A DNA stretch of 32,000 bases from Nostoc punctiforme PCC 73102 (lineage in GTDB: Bacteria; Cyanobacteriota; Cyanobacteriia; Cyanobacteriales; Nostocaceae). The translations under genes were made by a program, and so were the position numbers. Shown here in pieces: positions 8,256-16,789 of the stretch (the stretch's first letter is position 1; each line of letters starts with the position of its first letter). The notes beneath the pieces are model-generated. The model had not been told where the DNA came from. It saw only the letters and a program-made list of their open reading frames with translations, and ran no database searches. The stretch covers positions 7,830,001-7,862,000 of the forward strand of contig NC_010628.1 in the NCBI RefSeq assembly GCF_000020025.1. Direction: 5' to 3'.

Positions 8256-10385
8256 CTAGGGTGTCGTCTGCGGTGGATTTGTAGGATTAGGAACTGGGAT
8301 AACTGGCACAATTATAGGTTTAGGTTTCTCGGATTGCAGTTGAATCTGGGCTTGATTGCGGCCGTCTATAGCTTGTTGGTAATTAGGCTTGTATTTTATT
8401 GCTCGATCGTAAGACGCGATCGCATCTTGAAACCGTTTCAAATTTAGTAGAGCATTGCCTCTGCTATACCAGCTTTCAGAATGGTCTGGTTTATAACGAA
8501 CTGCCTTATTATAAGATGCGATCGCATCTTCGTATTTTTGCAAAATGTATTGTGAATTTCCCAGATTGTACCAGAGTTGATAGTCTTTTGACTTAAGTGT
8601 TGCGGCTTTATTATAAGATTTTATTGCTTCTTCATAGCGTTGGTTTTGATGCAGCGACCAGCCCAAGTTAAACCATGCTTGATAGCTATTAGGATTGTAT
8701 TTAATTACTTGATTAAAAGATTCAATTGCTTCTGGATAACGTCGTAAGTTGAGTAGGGTATTACCTCTAGAAAACCAGGCTTGATAATAACTTGACTTAT
8801 ATTGTACAGCTTTATCATAAGCGTTGAATGCATCTTGGTAGTGTTGCAAATTAACTAATGCATTCCCCAAATTATACCAAGCCTGCTCATAGTCTGGTTT
8901 TAAATCAACGACTTTTTGGTATGCTGCGATCGCTTCTTCATATCGGTTAGAATTTTGTAAAGCTAATCCTTTTTTGTACCAAGCTTCATAATTATCTGAT
9001 TTTAATTCAATCGCTTTTTCATAAGCTTTTATTGCTTGGTCATATTGGTTTAAGTTACTAAAAGCTTCACCCTTAGCATTCCAGACTTCTGAGCTTTCAT
9101 TATTTAATTGTAAGGCTTTATCAAAAGATGCGATCGCTTCTTGATATCGCTGTAGACTTGCCAAGACAAAGCCGCGTCCACTCCAAGCTTCAAAATAATC
9201 TGGCTTAATTTGGATTGCTCTATCATACGCAGCTAATGCTTCTTTAGATTTTTTTAATTTATACAGCGTTTTCCCCTGACCATTCCATCCTTGAGCATAA
9301 TCTGGTCTAATATTAACGGCTTTTTCATATACTTCTAATGCGTCTTGATAGCGTTGCAAATCAAAAAGTGTATTTCCTTGTTTGGATAATTCTATAGCGT
9401 TATTTGAATTAATATGATTAAAAATAAATATTGATGCAACTCCACTTATTCCCACTAAAAATATTGTTAGTAAAACTTTACCTAAAATTCCTTTTTTCGG
9501 TTGTGGTTTGGTTAGATTTTTGGCTGGATAAATAGGAGTTAATGCTATTGTTTCAGCCGGTGGTAGTGTTAGCTCTTTCAGCGCTTTTAATGCTACCGTA
9601 GCCGAAGAATAGCGTTGTCGAAAGTCGTAGCACACCATTTTGTCTAAGAATTGAGCAAATTCTGGCGTTACTGTGGCTTTATCGCGCCACATAATTTCAT
9701 TAGTCTCAGCATCTTTTACTATTTCCTCTGGTAATAATCCAGTGAGAGCTTGAATAGCAATGATTCCCGCAGCATAAATATCACTGCTTAATTTTGGCGT
9801 ACCATGAGCTTGTTCTCCAGGAATATATCCAGGCGTACCTATAGCAACAGTACCTTTAGTTGAACCTTCGGGAGTAATTACTTGGGTAGTAATTTGTTTA
9901 ACCGCACCAAAATCAATTAAGATTAATTTGCCATCCGGGTGTCGTCTGAGGATATTTCGGGGGTTGACATCACGGTGAATTACATTCTGTTGATGGACAA
10001 ATTCTAGAATTGTCAAAAGTTCTTGTAAAAGTGAAATTACTTGCTCTTGACTAAGGGTTTTACCTGGTATTAATTCTTGACTTAGGTCATGACCTTCGAT
10101 CAATTCCTGTACGAGATAAAATTCGGCATTCTCCTCAAAATAAGCTAAAAGTTGGGGAATGCGATCGTGAGTTCCTAATTTATACAGAACTTGTGCTTCT
10201 GTATCAAATAAGCGCCTAGCCGTCTCTAAAGTTACCGGATCGTTTGCTTGGGGTTTGAGTTTCTTGACCACACATTGAGGTGAACCGGGTAATTGAGTAT
10301 CATAAGCAACAAAGGTTTCACCAAAACCCCCTCCTCCCAAGTTACTAATAATTTGGTATCTTCCAACAAGTGTGTTTCCTAGCAT
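8256..10385 (-). CDS. Hanks-type Ser/Thr protein kinase with one TM segment and about 10 C-terminal TPR repeats, 709 aa
   Basis: Motifs seen: GGGGFGETF, VVKKLK, HRDVNPRN, DFG and GTPGYIPGEQ. A TM segment reads VLLTIFLVGISGVASIFIF. Regular 34-aa TPR units follow (..AW...G.AL..L.RY.EAI..Y.KA....P..). Confidence 0.92.
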   Translation of the reverse strand: MLGNTLVGRYQIISNLGGGGFGETFVAYDTQLPGSPQCVVKKLKPQANDPVTLETARRLFDTEAQVLYKLGTHDRIPQLLAYFEENAEFYLVQELIEGHDLSQELIPGKTLSQEQVISLLQELLTILEFVHQQNVIHRDVNPRNILRRHPDGKLILIDFGAVKQITTQVITPEGSTKGTVAIGTPGYIPGEQAHGTPKLSSDIYAAGIIAIQALTGLLPEEIVKDAETNEIMWRDKATVTPEFAQFLDKMVCYDFRQRYSSATVALKALKELTLPPAETIALTPIYPAKNLTKPQPKKGILGKVLLTIFLVGISGVASIFIFNHINSNNAIELSKQGNTLFDLQRYQDALEVYEKAVNIRPDYAQGWNGQGKTLYKLKKSKEALAAYDRAIQIKPDYFEAWSGRGFVLASLQRYQEAIASFDKALQLNNESSEVWNAKGEAFSNLNQYDQAIKAYEKAIELKSDNYEAWYKKGLALQNSNRYEEAIAAYQKVVDLKPDYEQAWYNLGNALVNLQHYQDAFNAYDKAVQYKSSYYQAWFSRGNTLLNLRRYPEAIESFNQVIKYNPNSYQAWFNLGWSLHQNQRYEEAIKSYNKAATLKSKDYQLWYNLGNSQYILQKYEDAIASYNKAVRYKPDHSESWYSRGNALLNLKRFQDAIASYDRAIKYKPNYQQAIDGRNQAQIQLQSEKPKPIIVPVIPVPNPTNPPQTTP

Positions 10386-10497
10386 CTCGTTTGCCTACTT
10401 AAGTGCGATGCGATCTGATTTCAATCTTGCCACACGTTAAGGAGGATAGGGGTAATAGGGTAGTCAGAGGCAGAATAACTGATAACTAATGACCAAT

Positions 10498-10625
10498 ACT
10501 TCTCTATAAAAGACTGCACCCTAAGCGTAGCTATGCTGCAGGCTTTACGACTACGCGGTAGTTGAATCTCGACTTCGCTCGATTTCCGCGCAGTCAAAAC
10601 TCAGTACAAGTGACCAATGACCAAT
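10498..10625. repeat. Small-dispersed-repeat (SDR/MITE-like) element running directly into TGACCAA heptamers
   Basis: It shares its termini, ACTTCTCTA ... CTCAGT(ACAA)GTGACCA, and an internal CGACT(G/A)CGC with the insert at 21446..21510. It is followed by GTGACCAATGACCAATGA. Confidence 0.55.
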
Positions 10626-10636
10626 GATAAATTTAT

Positions 10637-11338
10637 ATGATTCCTATTAGTGATAATATTCGTTGTTGGAATAAGCCGATTATTAATAATTGGCTAATTG
10701 GCATTAATATTGCCGTATTTTTATGGGAAATCCAACTAGAACTTAGTGATACACTGGGCTATTTTGTCAATAGTTGGGGTGTGATTCCAGCCCAGATTAG
10801 TAGGGCAATTACAAATGCATTCTTCTTCAATAACTCTGCTGCTTGGATAATTGTAATTTGGCGAGTATTTTCACTAGTTTTTGGAATATTTCTACACGGC
10901 AGTTTTAGTCAAATATTGGGAAATCTACTATTTCTATGGGTTTTTGGTAAGACTGTAGAAAATATTTTGGGACACAGACGATATTTGGAATTTTATCTGG
11001 CGGCTGGCATTTTAACAGGGGTTGTACAAATTCTGATTGAACCGAGTTTGACAGTACCATTAATTGGGGGAAATGGCGCGATCGCAGCTATTTTAGGGGC
11101 ATACATTATGAAATTTCCTAAAGCTAAAATTGACACCATTTTACCGTTAATTATTGTGTATATTCCTATCGAACTTCCCGCCTTTCTCTATATATTTTGG
11201 TGGTTTGTGCAACAGTTATTTTATGGTATCGGCAGTTTAAACATTCCCCCCATTGGCGTAAATCAATCGGGTGTTGTCTTCTGGGGGCAGATTGTGGGAT
11301 TATTCAGTGGTGCGGCTTTCATCCGATTGAAGAGATAA
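10637..11338 (+). CDS. Rhomboid-family membrane protein with a substituted catalytic dyad (predicted inactive), 233 aa
   Basis: The rhomboid architecture and motifs are recognisable but altered. FLHGSFSQILGN replaces H....H...N, GGNGAIAAILGAY replaces GxSGA, and FWGQIVGLFSGA replaces AHxxG. Confidence 0.8.
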   Translation: MIPISDNIRCWNKPIINNWLIGINIAVFLWEIQLELSDTLGYFVNSWGVIPAQISRAITNAFFFNNSAAWIIVIWRVFSLVFGIFLHGSFSQILGNLLFLWVFGKTVENILGHRRYLEFYLAAGILTGVVQILIEPSLTVPLIGGNGAIAAILGAYIMKFPKAKIDTILPLIIVYIPIELPAFLYIFWWFVQQLFYGIGSLNIPPIGVNQSGVVFWGQIVGLFSGAAFIRLKR

Positions 11339-11518
11339 TTGATTTGCTTGTCTTATCTTTAGACATGGCTCTTAAATACCAGAGGATATCTTTTAGCTAA
11401 AACTCTTATGTGCCTTTGGATGGATTGCATTTTTTAGCTTTAAAATTCATACTGCTAAAACTAGGGTATGCCTACTCTTCAAGTCGGTGTTATTTTTAGT
11501 TGTTAGCGGTTTATTCAA

Positions 11519-14155
11519 ATGCCAAATGTTGATAAAATTAATTCTAAACTTACTGATGAATTAGCGGTTTTACGGCAGCGTGTAGCTGAGTTAGAGCAAG
11601 CAGAAATATTTTATCAGCAAAGGCAAGTAGCACTAGAAGAGCAATTAAGAAAACTGGCAACATCGGCACAAAGTTCGCATATTTCAGTTTTAGAATATGA
11701 GATTGAATGCCATCTGGAGCAGGAGAAGTCTACAGGCTTTAATGTGACAACAGATGTGGCAATGACTTTAGAGCAATTCCAACAAGAAATTGCACAGCGA
11801 CAGCAGTTAGAAGTAATCCTGAAAGATAGTGAAGAACGGCTGAGGCTAGCTTTAGATGTTTCTCAGATGGGCTTATGGGATTGGAATATTTTAACCAATC
11901 AAGTCATCTGGTCTGAAAATTATGAACTGCTTTTTGGTCTAATTCCAAGTAGTTTTGATGGCCCTTATGAAACGTTTCAAAAGTGCGTTTATCCTGAAGA
12001 CAAGCAATCTGTAATGCAAGGGATCGGCCAGGCTTTGGCACAAAAAACTGACTACAACGATGAATTTCGGATAATTCGCTCAGACCAAAGTGTACATTGG
12101 ATTTCTGCTAAGGGAAAATTTATCTATGACGAGCAGGGACAAGCGGTGCGAATGATCGGTGTTTGTATGGAAACTACTGTGTGCAAACAGGCTGAAGAAA
12201 GTACTCGCGAACTAACCACACAAGTCCAAGAACAGGCAAATATTTTAAATGCCATCCTCACCGCTTCAGTCGATCATATTTATATCTTTAATCGCAGAGG
12301 TTGCTATCAATATGTTAGTAGCGATGCAGCTAGTATATTAGGTTTTCAACCCCAGGATATTGTCGGAAAGACTTTGCAAGACCTGGATTTACCCACAGAC
12401 CTTGTAGAACAGGTAGACAATCAACTAAAAGCTGTGATTAAAACTGGGCAGCCAATCAAGGATGAGTGTAAATATGTAACTGCTGATGGGGTACATTATT
12501 ATGAATATATTATTACTGCATTACGGAATTTAAATCAAAGTATTGAAGGCGTAATTATTGTTTCTCGTGATATTACCGAACACAAACGGGCAGAAAAATC
12601 ATTACGCGAAAGTGAAGCTAGATTTCGGCGTTTGTTTGAGTCTAACCTGATTGGGGTTGCTTTTTGGAATGTGGATGGCTTCGTTATTGATGCCAATGAT
12701 GCCTTTCTTCAACTAGCTGGCTACACTCATGAGGAGTTTACTCTTTTAGGTAAAGTTAATTGGCAAGAATTCACTCCTATTGAATACAAGTATTTAGACG
12801 ATCGCGCCATTTTAGAGGTGCAAACCACTGGAGTTTCCAAAATTTACGAGAAAGAGTACATCCACCGCAACGGTAAGCGAGTACCAATTGTTTTGGGGAT
12901 AGCCTTGCTGAATGACTCCCAAGAACATGGTGTTGCTTTTGTACTAGATATTACCGATCGCAAATTGGCTGAAAAAGAATGCGATCGCCTCCTCCAATGC
13001 GAAAGAACAGCACGCCAAGAAGCAGAGATCGCCAACCAAATTAAAGATGAGTTTCTGGCGGTTCTCTCCCATGAACTGCGAACCCCACTCAACCCTATCC
13101 TGGGATGGTCGAAAATGTTGCGGACTCGCAAGTTTGATCAACAAACCACTAACCGCGCCTTGGAAACCATTGAACGCAACGCCAAGTTACAAACCCAGTT
13201 AATTGAAGATTTGTTGGATGTGTCTCGCATTCTCCAAGGAAAATTAAACTTAAATATCTGTCCAGTGAACTTGGTAATGGTAGTTGAAGCAGCACTAGAG
13301 ACAGTACGACTAGCAGCACAAGCTAAGTCAATTCAAATTCAGACCATATTTGATGCCAGTTTAGGACAAGTTATGGGCGATCCAAATCGGCTCCAGCAAG
13401 TTGTGTGGAATCTGCTTTCTAATGCGGTAAAATTTACACCAACCGGAGGACGAGTAGGAATTCGACTCATGGAAGCTAGTAATCAGATTCAAATTCAAGT
13501 CAGCGATACAGGTAAGGGAATTAACCCAGACTTTTTGCCTTATGTGTTTGATTACTTTCGCCAAGCTGATGGCACAACTACAAGGACATTTGGCGGACTA
13601 GGTTTAGGATTAGCGATCGTGCGTAAGGTTGTAGAAATGCACGGGGGAAAAGTTCAAGCCGAAAGTCCTGGAGATGGATTGGGTGCAACCTTCACTGTTG
13701 AAGTACCGCTTTTGGTGAGAAGTGAACAAGTTCGGCGAGAAGAGAATGAGTCTTTAGATTCTCAGCCTGAATCCTCACTCCTTTCGGACACTCAAATTTT
13801 AGTGGTAGACGATGAACCAGATATCCGCGACTTAGTGAGCTTCATTTTGCAAGACTACGGTGTACAAGTAACTGCTGTATCATCAGCGCAGGAAGCATTA
13901 CAAGCGCTATCTGAATCGATACCAGATGTTTTAATTAGTGATATTGGAATGCCAAGGACAGACGGTTATATGCTAATACGGGAAGTGCGATCGCGATCGC
14001 CGCAAGAAGGAGGACGCGTACCAGCGATCGCTCTGACAGCTTATGCAGGCGAAATGAATCAGCAGCAAGCACTAGCAGCAGGATTTCAAATGCATATTTC
14101 TAAACCAGTAGATCCAGATGTATTGGTGAAAGCGATCGTTGATTTGATCCAGTAG
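11519..14155 (+). CDS. Multi-PAS hybrid sensor histidine kinase (coiled coil, 3 PAS/PAC, HisKA, HATPase, REC), 878 aa
   Basis: PAS/PAC signatures include SEERLRLALD..GLWDWN and ESEARFRRLFESN. H-box: SHELRTPLNPILGW. Also NLLSNAVKFT, SDTGKGI and GGLGLGLAIV. REC motifs are ILVVDDEPD, SDIGMPRTDG and ISKP. Confidence 0.92.
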   Translation: MPNVDKINSKLTDELAVLRQRVAELEQAEIFYQQRQVALEEQLRKLATSAQSSHISVLEYEIECHLEQEKSTGFNVTTDVAMTLEQFQQEIAQRQQLEVILKDSEERLRLALDVSQMGLWDWNILTNQVIWSENYELLFGLIPSSFDGPYETFQKCVYPEDKQSVMQGIGQALAQKTDYNDEFRIIRSDQSVHWISAKGKFIYDEQGQAVRMIGVCMETTVCKQAEESTRELTTQVQEQANILNAILTASVDHIYIFNRRGCYQYVSSDAASILGFQPQDIVGKTLQDLDLPTDLVEQVDNQLKAVIKTGQPIKDECKYVTADGVHYYEYIITALRNLNQSIEGVIIVSRDITEHKRAEKSLRESEARFRRLFESNLIGVAFWNVDGFVIDANDAFLQLAGYTHEEFTLLGKVNWQEFTPIEYKYLDDRAILEVQTTGVSKIYEKEYIHRNGKRVPIVLGIALLNDSQEHGVAFVLDITDRKLAEKECDRLLQCERTARQEAEIANQIKDEFLAVLSHELRTPLNPILGWSKMLRTRKFDQQTTNRALETIERNAKLQTQLIEDLLDVSRILQGKLNLNICPVNLVMVVEAALETVRLAAQAKSIQIQTIFDASLGQVMGDPNRLQQVVWNLLSNAVKFTPTGGRVGIRLMEASNQIQIQVSDTGKGINPDFLPYVFDYFRQADGTTTRTFGGLGLGLAIVRKVVEMHGGKVQAESPGDGLGATFTVEVPLLVRSEQVRREENESLDSQPESSLLSDTQILVVDDEPDIRDLVSFILQDYGVQVTAVSSAQEALQALSESIPDVLISDIGMPRTDGYMLIREVRSRSPQEGGRVPAIALTAYAGEMNQQQALAAGFQMHISKPVDPDVLVKAIVDLIQ

Positions 14156-14208
14156 TCATTGGTCATTAGTCATTAGTCATTGGTCATTGGTTATTAGTCA
14201 TTGGTACA
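14153..14208. repeat. STRR-type heptamer tandem repeat, (T[AG]GTCAT)n, about 8 units
   Basis: The run reads TAGTCAT TGGTCAT TAGTCAT TAGTCAT TGGTCAT TGGTTAT TAGTCAT TGGTACA. The first unit contains the TAG stop of the upstream kinase gene. Confidence 0.85.
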
Positions 14209-14297
14209 TACCGAGTGTTTTGTGGGCGAAAAAAACTTTTTTGTTAAGGATTAATTCTTTGGGCGCGTAGTATCTCAAGGATTTGTTAACAATGCAA

Positions 14298-14507
14298 GTC
14301 GAAACAATGGCATTGCCAGTCAAAACTATCACATTGTCAGCCGAAACAATCGCATTGTCGGTTAAAACAATAGTATTGTCGGTCAAAACAATGGCATTGT
14401 TAGTCAAAACAATGGCATTGTTAGTCGAAACAATGGCATTGTTAGTCAAAACTATCGCATTGTCAGCCGAAACAATGGCATTGTTACCAATAAAATAAGC
14501 ATTACTG
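14298..14507. repeat. Tandem array A: 9 good copies plus 1 degenerate copy of a 21-bp unit GTCAAAACAATGGCATTGTTA. Each unit contains the palindrome ACAATG-N-CATTGT.
   Basis: Unit boundaries read at 14298, 14319, 14340, 14361, 14382, 14403, 14424, 14445, 14466 and 14487. Units 5 and 6 are identical. Confidence 0.9.
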
Positions 14508-14626
14508 TGCCCAAACCGTGTATTGCTTCCATTCGAGAACCGCTATATAACACTACTAACGGTACTAGTTATCACTTTGAGAATCGCTATAAGATTAGTA
14601 AAAGGGTCTTCTACGTTTGAATAGAA

Positions 14627-15964
14627 ATGATTGAGCAACGTGATGCTGACTCACCAACAACTGATTCTCAGCAATTGAGTGAACCGACCGATGGAACAAC
14701 TACCAAGTCGGTCGATAACTCTTGGACAAACCGCATTGGTGGTGTCTGGAACACAGCAACAACACATTTAACCAAACTCCTACCCGTAGAACAACTGGCG
14801 CAAACGGTTGTTGAATGGTTTAGCGTCAGTGAAACTCAGGTTGCAGAGATTTTAGAGAAAATTCGAGCCGAATTGCCAACCACAGAAGCACTACTAATTG
14901 GTAAACCCCAAGCCGGAAAAAGTTCAATTGTGCGGGGATTGACAGGAGTTTCGGCTGAGATTATCGGTCAGGGTTTTCGTCCTCACACGCAACACACGCA
15001 GCGCTATGCCTATCCTTCCAATGACCTGCCGCTATTAGTTTTTACTGATACGGTAGGGCTAGGTGATGTCAACCAAGATACCCAAAAAATCATTCAGGAG
15101 TTAGTTGGCGATTTACAAAAGGAAACTGATTCCGCCAGAATCCTCCTGTTGACGGTCAAAATCAATGATTTTGCAACTGACACACTCCGACAAATTGCTC
15201 AAAAGTTACGCCAGCAGTATCCAAATATTCCCTGTCTGCTAGTAGTTACTTGCTTGCATGAGGTTTATCCTCCTGATGTTGTCGCTCATCCTGCCTATCC
15301 ACCAGATTATCAAGAAGTCAACCGCGCATTTGCGGCAATGCAGCAAGCCTTCGCCGGGATAACTGACCGCTCTGTACTAATTGACTTTACCCTAGAAGAA
15401 GATGGCTACAATCCGGTATTTTATGGCTTAGAAGCACTACGAGATTCTTTAGCAGAACTACTCCCACAAGCAGAAGCGCAAGCGATTTATCAGCTATTAG
15501 ATCGAGAAGAAGCCGGAAAGCAACTTGGCAACCTTTACCGAGATACAGCACGCCGTTATATTTTGCCATTTGCGATTATGTCTGCCACCCTTGCGGCCGT
15601 ACCTCTGCCTTTTGCCACAATGCCTGTACTAACTGCCTTGCAAGTATCAATGGTGGGTCTGTTGGGTAAATTATATGGACAGACAATTACACCATCACAG
15701 GCGGGGGGTGTTGTCAGTGCGATCGCAGGTGGTTTCTTAGCACAGGCAATTGCACGGGAATTAATTAAATTTATACCAGGTTTTGGGAGTGCGATCGCAG
15801 CATCTTGGGCAGCCGCCTACACCTGGGCACTAGGGGAAGCAGCCTGCGTTTATTTTGGTGATTTAATGGGAGGTAAGAAACCCGATCCCCAAAGAATTCA
15901 GTTAGTGATGCAAGAAGCGTTTCAGGCGGCGCAAGAACGGTTTAAGATAGTTCGTAATCTCTAA
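14627..15964 (+). CDS. P-loop NTPase (GTPase-like) fused to a C-terminal DUF697/YcjF-like membrane domain, 445 aa
   Basis: G1 is GKPQAGKS and G3 is DTVGLGD. No NKxD motif is visible. The C-terminal half is Gly/Ala-rich and hydrophobic (AVPLPFATMPVLTALQVSMV..., FIPGFGSAIAASWAAAYTWALG), as is typical of DUF697. Confidence 0.75.
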   Translation: MIEQRDADSPTTDSQQLSEPTDGTTTKSVDNSWTNRIGGVWNTATTHLTKLLPVEQLAQTVVEWFSVSETQVAEILEKIRAELPTTEALLIGKPQAGKSSIVRGLTGVSAEIIGQGFRPHTQHTQRYAYPSNDLPLLVFTDTVGLGDVNQDTQKIIQELVGDLQKETDSARILLLTVKINDFATDTLRQIAQKLRQQYPNIPCLLVVTCLHEVYPPDVVAHPAYPPDYQEVNRAFAAMQQAFAGITDRSVLIDFTLEEDGYNPVFYGLEALRDSLAELLPQAEAQAIYQLLDREEAGKQLGNLYRDTARRYILPFAIMSATLAAVPLPFATMPVLTALQVSMVGLLGKLYGQTITPSQAGGVVSAIAGGFLAQAIARELIKFIPGFGSAIAASWAAAYTWALGEAACVYFGDLMGGKKPDPQRIQLVMQEAFQAAQERFKIVRNL

Positions 15965-16177
15965 GGTCAGTTTCATCTGGGGTAATTACCACAGTTTCTT
16001 TAGCCAAACTAGCCAAATCTCTAATAGCTCCCAGATATCCTTGCTTTTGGTTTTGCCAATGCTGATTGATACCTCAAGCTAACTGGCAAGGACTCTGCTT
16101 TGTCATTGGTAAGGACTTTAAGCCTCGTAACATAATTTTGTTTATTTCTAGCAACTTACTTAGGGGGACAATAAATT

Positions 16178-16786
16178 ATGATTCAAGCTTTACGTAAACT
16201 AGTAACTTTTGAAGATTTTGCAGCATGGCGGCCCGAGGGCAGAAGATACGAATTACATGATGGCGTGATTGTTGAAATGGCACAACCAACGGGCGGCCAT
16301 GAAGATGTTGTCGGTTTTTTGGCACTAGAAATATCTGCTGATATCAAGCGTCTAAATTTACCTTATTACATTCCAAAAACTGTATTAGTAAAACCACTTG
16401 AAGGTGAATCAGCTTATTCACCAGACATATTAATAATCAATCGACCAAATTTAGTGAACGAGCCTTTATGGAAAAAGGAATCGACTGTATCTCAAGCGGT
16501 ATCTATTCCATTAGTTATTGAAGTTGTTAGTAGCAATTGGCGGGATGACTACTACAAAAAGTTAGCTGATTATGAAGCTATAGGTATTCCTGAATATTGG
16601 ATTATAGATTACGCGGTTATAGGCGCTAGAAAGTTTATTGGCAATCCTAAACTGCCTACTATATCCATTTATCAATTAATCGATGGTGAGTACCAAGTTA
16701 CTCAATTTAGAAGTAGCGATCCCATCGTCTCGCCTACTTTGCCAGAGTTAAATTTAACTGCTGAACAGATTTTTAAAGCTAGCTAA
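16178..16786 (+). CDS. Uma2-family (DUF820) PD-(D/E)xK putative endonuclease, 202 aa
   Basis: The characteristic layout is present: YELHDGVIVEM, SPDILII, PLVIEVVSS..D...K...Y...GIPEYWIID. A good SD-like AGGGGGA precedes the ATG. Confidence 0.8.
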   Translation: MIQALRKLVTFEDFAAWRPEGRRYELHDGVIVEMAQPTGGHEDVVGFLALEISADIKRLNLPYYIPKTVLVKPLEGESAYSPDILIINRPNLVNEPLWKKESTVSQAVSIPLVIEVVSSNWRDDYYKKLADYEAIGIPEYWIIDYAVIGARKFIGNPKLPTISIYQLIDGEYQVTQFRSSDPIVSPTLPELNLTAEQIFKAS

Positions 16787-16789
16787 AAT

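Noticed and set aside
14198-14498. ORFs of 83 aa (-) and 71 aa (+) across array A, encoding heptad peptides (NNAIVLT..., KTMALLV...)
   Set aside because: They exist only because the 21-bp unit lacks stops in several frames. Both strands are open at once, there is no credible RBS, and the non-repeat tails look random. Ribosome profiling or frame-preserving conservation would be needed to revive them.
15942-16106. 55-codon minus-strand frame (MTKQSPCQLA-TGA-GINQHWQNQKQGYLGAIRDLASLAKETVVITPDETDLRDYELS) overlapping the 3' end of the NTPase gene
   Set aside because: It is interrupted by an in-frame TGA at 16074..16076, has no alternative start after it, and has no recognisable family. It could be a decayed small gene. 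TBLASTN against relatives would settle it, but I cannot support it as a feature.
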